64,000 bases of DNA from Octopus vulgaris (taxonomy: Eukaryota), in the NCBI GenBank assembly GCA_951406725.2, contig OX597831.1:42780001-42844000 (forward strand). The letters run 5' to 3'. The translations under genes and the position numbers were made by a program. How positions within the stretch are numbered: the stretch's first letter is position 1; each line of letters begins with the position of its first letter. Below, one piece after another: positions 43,971 to 55,660 of the stretch. The notes under the pieces are model-generated. The model ran no database searches and was not told where the DNA came from. It saw only the letters and a list, made by a program, of their open reading frames with translations.

Positions 43971-44663
43971 TATTTAAAGTATAAGATTTCAAATAATAAG
44001 TATGGATTGAAGATTACAGAGTGATTGAAACCTTAACCTGCGACGGACTGGCATCCCTCCAAGGGGTCGGATTTAAAAATAATGTGAAACAACAACAAGA
44101 TTCAGCATAGCGAGTTTAAAGTTCATCACAGGCCTAAGGCTAAGCCTCAGAGTTAAGTCTTCGGATCAGCCTCTGGTCTGACGATTATCTCTCTTCCTTC
44201 CACCTGTATCAGGGCCTGAAAAGGTCCTTGAGCACTGTTACCCTTTCTTATCTAAAAACAACCATAAACAAACAACGGGCAATTTTGCGAAGCCATTAGA
44301 GCATTATACAGAATGCTTCATAGTTTTTGTACTGACGCTCCACACTCTGAGTTCAAATTTTTGCCGAGGTCAACCGTTCCTTTCATATTTTCGGTGTCCA
44401 TTCTGTTGTAGGCATTCGGGGAAGGTTCCTGCTTTGTGTATATTTTCCTCGTTCCTACTCACCTGTTTCAGTGGCGTTGCTTTCCCTCCAGAGTAAAAGA
44501 TAAAAACAAAAACAAACGTTAATGAGGGTATGTTATGGTGCGGTTACTTTATTACTCTTCCTTTTTGATCGGTTCCAGGAGACTAGCAATCATCATCGTC
44601 ATCATCATCATCATTAGCAGCGGCAGCAGCTGCATTGCAGTTTTATTATTATTATTATTATTA

Positions 44664-44720
<57 letters not shown>

Positions 44721-44872
44721 TTGCCGACATAACATGGCAGTCCTGGTTTAGGACGAGTGTTACTGTAATTTAGCGCCAGGAGACATCGTCTCCAGCTGGC
44801 TATACGACACGATCTGTGTCCTTATCTTTTCAAACAAGGACATTTAGCACTCCCACTCAGCTCAAAACAATA

Positions 44873-44917
44873 TCTGTGTATCACAATTTCCGGGTTATTT
44901 CCCTTCATCAGCACAGA
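44873..44917 (-). ncRNA. Type I minimal hammerhead ribozyme candidate
   Basis: TCTGTG-CTGATGA-A GGG(AAATAA)CCC G-GAAA-T(TGTG)A-TA-CACAGA; perfect 6-bp stem I, intact core. Confidence 0.7.
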
Positions 44918-45309
44918 ATAATTTTTCGGCTAAAGGTGGTGCTGCCAAATTCCTGTCCGAAATATATAGTTTTCAAAGTGACAACTAGTCACTGATCTAT
45001 AAAATAAAAAATTACTATTTGTAAATCTCTCAACGAAAGATATTCAGCAACAGTACTCTAAAGTAAAGATTATTATCTCTCGTTAAGAGATTTACAAATA
45101 GTAATTTTCTATTATTATTACTATTTTCAAATTCCGTCGAGGTCGATTTACCTTTTATCCTTTCGTGGTCGATGAAATAAGTACCAGTGAAACACTGGGG
45201 TCGATATAATCATCTAGTCCCCTCCCCCAAAATTTCAGGCCTGGTGCCTATAGTAGAAAGGATTATTATTATTATTATTATCATTATTATCATCATCATC
45301 ATTATCATC

Positions 45310-45347
<38 letters not shown>

Positions 45348-45348
45348 T

Positions 45349-45885
45349 GCCTTTGCACAGCTTCTAATGCTGGAGATGTACTATGGTGTTAGCTGTTCAC
45401 TACCAGTGAACTAAGGTAACATCTCTTATTTTTCGAGCACCTTCCAGAGTATTCGAGCGGTTCCAAGCAGTGCTGTTTTCTGCAAGTGCTCCACTCTTAT
45501 TGCAGCCCCTATTTGTTCCACGTACTTCTCGAGATTTTTGCTCACTGTTGCCAGGGCTCCGACAATTATTGGTACTATTGCTACCTTTTTCATCGACCAC
45601 AACTGCTTAACTTCCCAAGCTAACTTGTCATATCTCTCGACTTTTCTTTCTTCCTTATCGCATACCTTGTTGTCAGCTGGGCATGCTGTATCTATGATCC
45701 AGCATAGTTTGTTTTCTTTCTCATTTAAGAGTATGTCCAGCTTCCTATTCTCCATCTCATAGTTGCACTGAATCATAAAATCCCATAGGATCTTTGCATT
45801 TCTATTTTCGACGATGCCTTCAGGTTTATGGTCGTACCAAGTTTTTGTCCTGTGAAGTCCATACTTGTTGCAAAGTGTCCAATGA
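45349..45885 (-). mobile_element. R4/Dong-clade RLE 3' fragment, fused to a family C end (45882-45948)
   Basis: HWTLCNKY..WYDHKPEGIVEN..KILWDFMIQ..RKLDI..IIDTACPAD..KVERY..VPIIVGALATVS..LQKTALLGTARIL; (AAT)n tail. Confidence 0.92.
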
Positions 45886-45957
45886 TAATACTTCCAATCA
45901 GTTAAGATCAGAAACCACGGGAGTCACTACCTGGTACTGAATCAAGGCATTTATTTG

Positions 45958-46026
<69 letters not shown>

Positions 46027-46029
46027 CTT

Positions 46030-46640
46030 TCATTTTTGTTTCCATTTTTTTCCGAGTGTCTTCTCAACACCTTGGGCAAAGAAACTCATTGGTAGTCATG
46101 TGAAAGAAAAAGAAGGGGAAGAAAGAAAGAAAACAAAGAAAATACAGGAGAAAAAGGAAAGAAAATTCATAGTGACAATGCTCTTCTTAATACGTTTGAC
46201 GGACCAGTTAAGACAATCTTTTGCACTTCCTGCAAGGATGGTAAGCCAAGGTCATCCTCCAGTAATTTTCAATTCCTTTTTTTGACCATTCCTGGTACTC
46301 CTACAATCACTGGAATTGTAACCGTTTTGAGTTGCCACATTTTTTTTCGATTTCAATCAGCAAATCTTTATATTTGTTTGAGCTTATCAAATTCTTTTGC
46401 CTAGATATTATGAAAACAAGGTATGCTCATGTCAATCAGTAAACATATATTATTGCTTTGGTCTTTCATAACAATATCTGGTTTATCAGCTTTGATGGTC
46501 CGGTCTGTATGTACAGGAAAGTCCCAAACAATCATAACACTTTCTCCCTCAGTTACAGCCTCAGAGCGGTGCTTGCACCAATTGTAATATAATGCCGACA
46601 ATTGTAATATAATGCCGACATAATATCCAATTGGCAAACT
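46030..46640 (-). mobile_element. R4/Dong-clade RLE 3' fragment
   Basis: IVWDFPVHTDRTIKADKPDIV..LIDMSIP..YKDLLIEIEK..IPVIVG; (AAT)n tail. Confidence 0.9.
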
Positions 46641-46654
46641 ATGTCAATTATATT

Positions 46655-48943
46655 TCGACGGGCTGCGGCGACTCTCGACAGAGGAGTCGGATCGTTGTGA
46701 ACGGCCGATCACAGTTGCTAAAATAAGGGGAGCCATGGGTGGATGCAAGAGGAGCAGATCGCCAGGTTTAGATGTTCTAGTCTACGAGCTGTACGCAAGT
46801 ATACCAGGGCTGCTCGGCGACTTCTTGGCAGACGTCTACCTGAACTGGCAACAGAACGGAAGAATTCCCGCCGCTGTTAGCCGAGATGTGGTTACTCTGC
46901 TGGGAAAGAACTCAGACAAGAGAGATAGCGCAGATAACTTCCGTCCCATAACTCTGCTTAAGACAGAGTTAAAGATTTTGGCCAAGGTGTTAGTGAAGAG
47001 GTTGGTGCTTGTCGTCGGTGGATTGATTGGCGAGGCACATCCACGACAACCTCCACCTCATGCGATACATCATAGAGGGTGTGGCTAGGAAACCTGGCAC
47101 GGGTGGGGCCCTGATCAATTTAGATTAATCGAAAGCTTTCGACGGGGTCCACCATCGATATCTGGCTGCAGTCCTCAGAACGTCCGGCTTTGGGCCGGTT
47201 TTCATGGGCTGGATCCCGACAATTTACGGCGGCATCTCCTCTGTGGCCAAGGCCAATTGTCACCTATCGGAATCGTTTAGTATTCTGCGCTCGGTTGCCT
47301 GCTCTCGCCTCTTCTGTATGTGTTGAGCTTAGAGCCACTCCTACGGAAAATGGAGGCGTTGAGCGGTTTCCTGCGAGAGCTAGGATGCGAAAGAAGCGGG
47401 TCGGCGTAATCAGACGACGTCACTGTTGCCGTGTCGGACGCCTTGCTCATCAAGGCGATCGGCCGCGCTCTAAAGGAATATGAAGCAGAGACAGGAGCGG
47501 AGATTAGCCCGGACAAATCACTTACCCTGCAACTCGGCACCTGGAGAAGCAGGTCTATGCCGTCCAGCAGCATCGTAGGACGCAGGACAGACGGACCGGT
47601 TAAGCTATTCGGGGTCTGGTTCGGTTCAGACCTCCAGGTGGACAATAACTGGGACGAGGTGATGATCAAGACAGCCAGGCTTACCCAGAAATGAGCTGAG
47701 AGGAAACTGTTCTTGAAATGGCGAATACGTACATCGCATTCATCATCTATCACTGTGTGATCGTTGTGCCTTGTTCCTTGTCACGCCTCATGTACTCTTT
47801 CGCTTTCTGTAGAAGAGGCGCGTTCCTCTTGTCCGGTGGTCCATCTGCTGAGCAGGGGGCTGGGCATGCCGTGATTGCGAAGGCACAGGTATACGCTGAG
47901 GCTATGACATCTCCAGCGTTTCCTTGACGGTAATCAGGTGTGGTTGCCCTTCGTCAGGCGCGCTTTTCCTCAACTCGCTTCTTGAACGGAACTGCAACCC
48001 TGGGTCAAGCGGAGACCGAAGGAGGGCGAGTGGCACCTTGAGTGCCGACAAGCCCTCTTAGTCCTCTACCAGCCGGGCAATGCGGTCAGTGGAAATTCTA
48101 CCTTGTCGTTCTATTGGAGGTTAGTGTGGGATAGGTTCAACGACGTCCTTGGGGCTTCGATGAGGAATAACTAGCCGGTCTTTTCCGGAAGGCTTTCGGG
48201 TCGGGGCCTAATGATAATTTCCAGAAATCCCTGGCCTGGCAGTGCTATCGGGGAACATTGCCGGTTCGCGATAAACTCTTCAGGCACAGAAGTACTATTA
48301 GTCGGAACTACCCGAGATGTGCGTGGAGCGATGAAACCTTTTTGCACGCACTCGTCTAGTGCCCGACAATCTCTGACGTGTGGGTTTATGTCGAGCACTT
48401 GCGGTTGTGTGTCGCACGGATCCAGCTATCAGCCGAGTCTATTGTTAAGATTGCCCTGCCCGCTTCCTTTGGTCGGGAAGGTCGGGAAGTTTTCATCTAC
48501 CTCTGGGCATGGCGAAAGAGGTTGTGTAGTGGACTAGACTGAAATGGCTAAAAACGGGCTGTTTTCAACCGAATCTCTGATCAACTTTTTCAGGTTTCAC
48601 TTGAAGAGGCAGATCAGAGTGGAGAGGGAGGTGCTCCCTTCTATCAATAGCAAATTTATTGAAAGGTGGATAAGAATGGTGAGCATGGTTCGTGTGAACG
48701 GGCCAGCTCTGAGCATGCGCTTCTAAGTGAAGTAAGAGAGAGAGGAAACACTTGCCTAAGTGATCAGGAAAACCGTGATTTTCTGTGGGGTTTGCGCGGT
48801 TTTCCCTTGAAAGTCCCCTCTTATTGGGGAATTGTAATTTTTCAATGTTATTGTTTTATATATTTACACGTTTGTGATCCGTTTGTGATTTGTATTTGCG
48901 TCCCTATGTGTTCTATGTAGACCTATGAGGCCAATAAAGAAAA
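46655..48943 (+). mobile_element. 5'-truncated Tx1/L1-clade LINE (decayed RT ORF2)
   Basis: SPGLD..Y, NFRPITLLKTELKILAKVL..RL, LD*SKAFDGVHH, ADDVT-like region, VKLFGVWF; 3' end AATAAAGAAAAC+(ATT)n. Confidence 0.9.
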
Positions 48944-49104
48944 CATTATTATTATTATTATTATTATTATTCAAATTCCGCGAGTTCGACTGTGCCCTTC
49001 ACCCTTTCGGGGTTGATAAATTAAGTACCAGTTACAAACCGGGATCAATCTAATCAACTAGTTCTCTTCCCCAAATTTCAGGCCTTATGCCTATAGTAGA
49101 AAGG

Positions 49105-49170
<66 letters not shown>

Positions 49171-49309
49171 CCGAGGCCTACTTTTCCTTTCATTCTATCG
49201 GGGGTCAATAAAGTAAGAACCAGTTGATCACTGAGGCAGATGAAATCGACTTACCCCGCCGCCCCCGAAATTGCTGGCCTTGTGCCAAAATTTTAAATCA
49301 TTATTATTA

Positions 49310-49760
49310 AGGGCCTCGAACATCTGTGCGACGAGTGTAAAAGAGATGTCAGTGATTGCCACAGAACCCTATACAAAGGTAAGATGTTCATGTACAGTTA
49401 ACAGCGAGTGCCTAGTGGAAGGTCGATGCAACATTGACGTCTATGAAATAACACATATACAGAAATATGTTGGAATAACGGAGGATCCCCTTAAGGCCAG
49501 GATAAATTATCACAGATCCATTTTTATGATCCCAGTTATATATAGCGATTAAAACAAGCGGGAATGCCATATAGAATTAACTGGAAGCTACTGGAACAAC
49601 CCTAGTCGTACGTACCTCAACAGAAGCAAAAGGTGCAAACTTTTGTTTGGATGAGATAACAATGATCCTAAAATTTTGCAAGATCCGGATGCCTTATTGA
49701 ATTCAAGAACTGGAAATTTTAGCTAATGCCCTTGTGACACAAAATTCTCTTCGGAAACGT
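49310..49760 (+). mobile_element. Penelope-like element GIY-YIG endonuclease remnant
   Basis: CLVEGRC..VYEI..KYVGITEDPLKARINYHRSIF...INWKLLE..KRCKL..LLNSR. Confidence 0.7.
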
Positions 49761-49917
49761 GATTTTCTCCGTTTGTGGACTAGAGAAACCGCTCAAAGGA
49801 AAGTGACTCTTTCTCTCTCAGAATGGGGTTTCTTCGTTTGTTTTTTGTTTTTTTATCACCAAACTGACCAAGATTGCATTTTCACCTCCATTAATAAAAT
49901 GTTTATGGGCTTCAGCC

Positions 49918-49953
<36 letters not shown>

Positions 49954-51971
49954 CCACGCACAATAGTAGGTGTGAAACCAATGATAATTTTCTGACTGGT
50001 TATAAGCCATAACAAAGGATATACTACTCAGCACAAAAGCTATAACTACACAAAATTTCTTTTTTAGAATGTGCTTTTTTTTCGACAACTGGCTGATTTT
50101 ATATGCACATATATATGCACACGCTCGTGCCCCGCTCCAAACACACATTGGTTACGCAATCTTCGGTTTTTTTTTCTATCATAAAGGGGTCCTTAGGCCA
50201 GTATTTACATACCGTTATCAATAGCTTTATTTACTTCGAGTGCTACAGTTAAATACACACTATACATGCATGATTACATACATACGTACGTATATATATG
50301 TACGTGATATGCATGTGTGTGCGTGTGAGTATGTATGTTCTGAATGCTGAGTATTTCAGGAAGTCTAAGCAGCGAATATTTTTATTTATTTATTTATGTA
50401 TTTTGCTTCTTTATCTGTTCTTTTTTTTTTTTTTTTTTGTTTTCTTTCTGGGAACTTCGTGGGAAGCTTATCGGTTTAATTTTCCATGATACTTGCTGTT
50501 CGCTAATAAGAAATTTGATATCAGGCGTTGCTACGAGACGAAGTACTAGAGATACACTAATAGCTGTTTTATTGGGCAAAGAGGAGAAAGGATGTGATAG
50601 ATGGCATGTGTTCATGGCTATGTGGTTAAGACGCTCACTTTGTAAACGTTTGCCTTCGGGTTCGATCCCATAACGAGGTAACATATGCAAGAATCTTCTA
50701 CCATATTCTCATGTTGACCGAATTTTTTAAGGATGGAATTTAGAAGACGGAATTTGTACGAAAGCATGTTCAATATATTATATATACATACATACACAGA
50801 TTCACATGTATTTGACTATGCCTGTATGAATGTATATGTGTGAGTGTGTGCGCGTGTGTGTGTGTGAATGTGTGTATACATTTATATATGCATATATAGA
50901 TATATATATATACGTCACGTCTGTATACACGCGTATATATACACGTATATATATATATATATGTATGTATGTATGTATGTATATACACACACACACACAC
51001 GCACACATACACAAAAACATATATATATATATACACACATATATGTACGTGTGTGTGTGTGTGTGTATGTATGTATTTGTGTGTGTGTAGTTCAGTGGTG
51101 TGTACCGACTTAAACTGTAAGCATCGGTGATAAAACTGAAAAACCGATGTTCCTGAAACGAAGTCCCTTGCGAAATTTACTTCTTTTTATTTTTACTACC
51201 GGGTTAAATAATCTTACCTGGTTAAACAATTTCAGTTTTTTAATAAGTGCTTTGTTTTCCAGTATCCGTTGGGGTTCTTAGAAGTATACAATATTGTAAG
51301 ATTTTCAACCAAGAGCTAAAATTAACAAATTTCAGAAAATATCATTATAGCTTATATTTTCCTTAGAAAGTTGTGCTTTCTATGCAAAATTTCAGCTGTG
51401 GAACTTTAGATCTACTATTTTGGATATATAGACACTCATTTATTTTTATAACCTGGTTTCAAATTTCGGCACAATGCCAGTAATTCTGGGGAGAAGGGGA
51501 AGTCGATTACGTAGACCCCTACTTCTCAACTGGTACTTATTTTAAAGATCCCGAAACGATAAAAGGTAAAGTCGAATTCGGCGGCATTTGAACTCAGAAC
51601 ATAAAGACAGACGAAATACTGCTAAGCATTTTTGCTCGGCGCGACAACGATTCTGCCAGCTCACCGCTTTATTCATGTTTACAAATTGGTTTCAAATTTT
51701 GCAACAAGGCCAGCAATTTTGGGGTAGAGGTAAGTCGATTACATCGGCCCCAGTGCTCAGCTGTGCTTATTTATCGACCCCGAAGGATGAAAGGCGAAGT
51801 CGACTTCGGTAGCATTTGAAATCAGAACGTAAAGACAGACGAAATGACGCAAAGCATTTTGCTCGGTGCGGTAACTATTCTGCCAGCTCCAGGCGATATT
51901 CATTTTAAATATTAAGAGAGAAGGAAGTTGCTATGACAGAAATAGGGAAGCGTAGGACTACGCGTTACCTA

Positions 51972-52620
51972 GGGCGGCGAACTGGCAGAAACGTTAGCAT
52001 GCCGGGCGAAATGCGTAGCCGTAATTCGTCTGCCGCTACGTTCTGAGTTCAAATTCCGCCGAGGTCGACTTTGCCTTTCACCCTTTCGGTGTCGATAAAT
52101 TAAGTACCAGTTACGCACTGGGGTCGATGTAATCGACTTAATCCGTTTGTCTGTTCTTGTTTGTCACCTCTGTGTTTAGCCCCTTGTGGGTAGTAAAGAA
52201 ATAGAAATAGGTATTTCGCCCGTCGCTACGATCTGAGTTCAAATTCCGCCGAGGTCGACTTTGCCTTTCATCCTTTCGGGGTCGATTAAATAACTACCAG
52301 TTTCGCACTGGAATCGATGTAATCGATTAACCTCCCCCCACTCCAGATGTCATGCCTTGTGCTTATATATTTCTTTACTACCCACAAGGGGCTAAACACA
52401 GAGGGGACAAACAAGGACAGACAAACGGATTAAGTCGATTATATCGACCCCAGTGCGTAACTGGTACTTAATTTATCGACCCCGATAGGATGAAAGGCAA
52501 AGTCGACTTCGGCGGAATTTGAACTCGTAGCGACAGACGAAATACGGCTACGCATTTCGCCCGGCATGCTAACGTTTCTGCCAGTTCGCCGCCTATGCCT
52601 TGTGCTTATAGTAGAAAGGA
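51972..52620. mobile_element. Nested SINE-B cluster: plus-strand dimer with an inverted copy inserted
   Basis: Inner minus copy 52369-52594 flanked by TSD ATGCCTTGTGCTTATA; outer composite flanked by AGGACTA(C/T)GCGTTA. Confidence 0.9.
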
Positions 52621-53274
52621 CTATGCGTTAGCTGTGTGTATTGTCAATGGGAGAATCCATATAATATATTATGGAATGTAACGGAGGAGTGGTTGTGTGG
52701 TTGAGTAGCTTACTTTGCAACCACGTGATTTCGAGTTCAGACCCACTGTGTGGCACCTTGGACGGCTGTCTTCTACTACAGCCCCGGACCGACTAGTGCT
52801 TTGTGAATGAATTTGGTAGGCGGAAATCTGAGCCATATGCGCACGTGCGAGTGTCTTTGTGTTTTCTCCACCATCACAATGCTTGATAATCGATATTGGT
52901 TTGTTTACGTTCCTGTAATCTAGCGAAGGTGGTACCTCTACATGACCACAGTTCAATGACTAAAACAAGTAGAAAATGCAAAAAAAAAAAAAAATTAATA
53001 ACTTTTTTAACGAACGATATGTGATTCGAACTCTTATACATGTTTTTAAAAATAACAGTAAGAAAATAAATAAAAGAACATAATACAGTGGTGTTTTTTT
53101 TTAATTAATTAATTAGCTTTTGCGTAGCGAGGTGTGACATCTCCCAGTGTCTATTAGAAGCCGACTGTAATAATAATTTTCTTCATCAGGCTAATTATAT
53201 CAAGATAGATAATTCATTCTGAATTAAATAGGTTTAACGTTGCTAGTAAACACCTGATACCTGATCGGCAAGCA

Positions 53275-53376
53275 ATGTGCCATCGACAAGTGACGGAAAT
53301 GGAACCTGGCAGACGATCGTTTGGCATATATGTGAGGAAAATGGAGGCGAACGGACAGTTTCATAATTCGAATGTG
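53275..53376 (+). CDS. Putative first coding exon of a small unknown protein (MCHRQVTEMEPGRRSFGIYVRKMEANGQFHNSNV)
   Basis: Unique sequence, open frame with in-frame ATGs at 53275/53299/53341, strong phase-0 donor GTG|GTAAGT; acceptor TTTTCTTCATCAG at 53189. Confidence 0.45.
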
Positions 53377-53729
53377 GTAAGTATGGTGTTTGGTTTTCGG
53401 ATCTTTACCTTTTGACCTACAGGTTTTAAAAGTAATTTTTTGTAACTAAACACTTTCAAACTTCGGACACTGGTAGAATGTGTCATATAAAACATCTTTT
53501 ATATGACACTGATACTGATTTTTATCGACCCCCCACCCCACGAAAGGATGAAAAGCAAAGTCGACTGCGGGTTAAATTGAACTCGGGACACAAAGACGGA
53601 CGAAAGAAAACTCCGAATGATCCGTCCTTGTTTTTTTATTTTTGTATCGTCTGTCTGGATGTTTTGCGTTCTTGTCCCATTTTTGGTATTCCATTTTTAT
53701 ATAAATATAGCGGCGTACGTACACTTTGG

Positions 53730-53771
<42 letters not shown>

Positions 53772-54217
53772 GTGAGTTTGGGGTGTATCTCATATCGTTT
53801 GATAAGCGGTGTTAGTTCGTTTACGTTCTGTGGTTTAGCGCTTTGGCGAAAAAATCGACAGGATACGTACCAGGCCCAAAATGTAAGCACCTGGATCAAT
53901 TTGTTCAACTATAAACCTTTCAATGTGGTGCTTCAGCATGGCCGAGATCCAACGACAGAAATTTTAGAAAAATAAAGAGGAAAAAGATCTTTGTAGGAAG
54001 CATTGCAGAGGTGGGGGGTTCTTTCTACAATTGGTTTCCAGGTAATTGACTTGTCAACAGAGCAAACAATCAACGAAGTTGATTTGTTTTAGTTATAGCC
54101 AACAGTTTAGCTCTAAGTTATCCTTGATAGAACAAACATAAGATTAAATCTATTTCAGCTGTGACTGTCGTATTTTTTTTCCTGACAGTGTAGATAAGGA
54201 CACATTATTCAATGTAT

Positions 54218-54585
54218 TACCAACCACATGGTTCCGGGTTCAGTTCCACTGCATGACACCGTGAGCAAGTGTCTTCTACTATAGTCTCGGGCCGACCAAA
54301 GCCTTGTGAGTTGATTTGGTAGACGGAAACTGAAAGAAGCCCATCGTATATATGTATATATGTATGTGTACATGTTTGTGTGTCTGTGTTTGTCCCCCCA
54401 ACATCGCTTGACAACCGATGGTGGTGTGTTTACGTACCTGTAACTTAGCAGTTCTGCAAAAGAGACCGATAGAATAAGTACTAGTCTTAGAAACAATAAG
54501 TCCTGGGGTCGATTTGCTCAACTGAAGGCGGTGCTCCAGCATGGCCACAGTCAAATGTTAAAACAAGTAAAAGAGTAAAGAGTAA
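54218..54585 (+). mobile_element. SINE family A copy
   Basis: Family match. Confidence 0.88.
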
Positions 54586-55229
54586 AACGAAAAAAAAAAA
54601 GTATCATGACTTGAGGCTGATTTGACTCTCATTTCTAAAGGTCACCAAGCAAACATGTAAACGCTTTGTATAAAGTGCGTTTAAAGATATTAAACCTTAT
54701 TAAACTTTAGGTAAAATTTAACACAAAGCATAATTTATGTTTACAAAGCAGGTGTTCGTTTTTTTTTTGTTTTTTTTCTTTTTATGCCGATTTCCATCTT
54801 GCTGAAGCTTGATAAAATAGTATCTACCGTTTTAGTAAGGTCAGTATAATTGATAATTGATTGTACTCTCCCCTAAAATGTGTGTACATTCTTGTATCTG
54901 TTCTGCGTTTAAAGAGATGCATGGACCCTGTAGAAACGGCTTCAAATTTTAATACAAGGCCAACAATTTTAGGGAGTTGATAAGTCGATTACATCGATCT
55001 CCAGTACTCAACTAATAATTTATCGACCCCGAAAGAATGAAAGGCGAAATTTGAATTAAGAAGCATTTTGTCTGACGTACTTAACGCATTTAATTCTGTA
55101 AGACTAAAACTTATTAAGAGACTGACTTTGGACAAATAGCAGGTTTGTTTTCTCTACCTTTCTCAACCAGAACTAATCATTTAGATTATTTCTTCGTCGC
55201 TACATCAACTAAACCAGTTCTCAATTTAT

Positions 55230-55660
55230 TTCTACTGCTACTTATTTCTATGGGAAAAATATGTTTTCCTTTCAAATACATTCAGCTAATTAAAACCTTT
55301 TCTTCTTTGAACATGCGGTGTCAGGATTAAGGTAGATTACATACAATGTACGTAAACGAATGCAATACTCGCTCTAACGGTTTTCCTGCTGTATAAATGC
55401 GGGATACAAACGATGTAATTTCCCTGTACAATAACACGAATCGGACGGATGAGCGTAGAGAATGATGGAAATTACGGAAAATGAGATTATTCACAGGATA
55501 CTGGACGATCAAAATCTGGCTTTGACACAAGTTGTCAATGCCTGCTTTTAATATGAAAATTAATGTGTTGAAAGCGGCTGCTGTGCAATACTTTGAACGA
55601 AAGTCTTTAATAATTTTGAATGCAATCAATATGAGGAATCTTCTAATAAGTGAAGGTGTT
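55230..55660 (+). mobile_element. Possible pogo/Tigger transposase C-terminal remnant
   Basis: Weak motifs MEITENEIIHRILD and AAVQYFER; heavily decayed. Confidence 0.3.
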
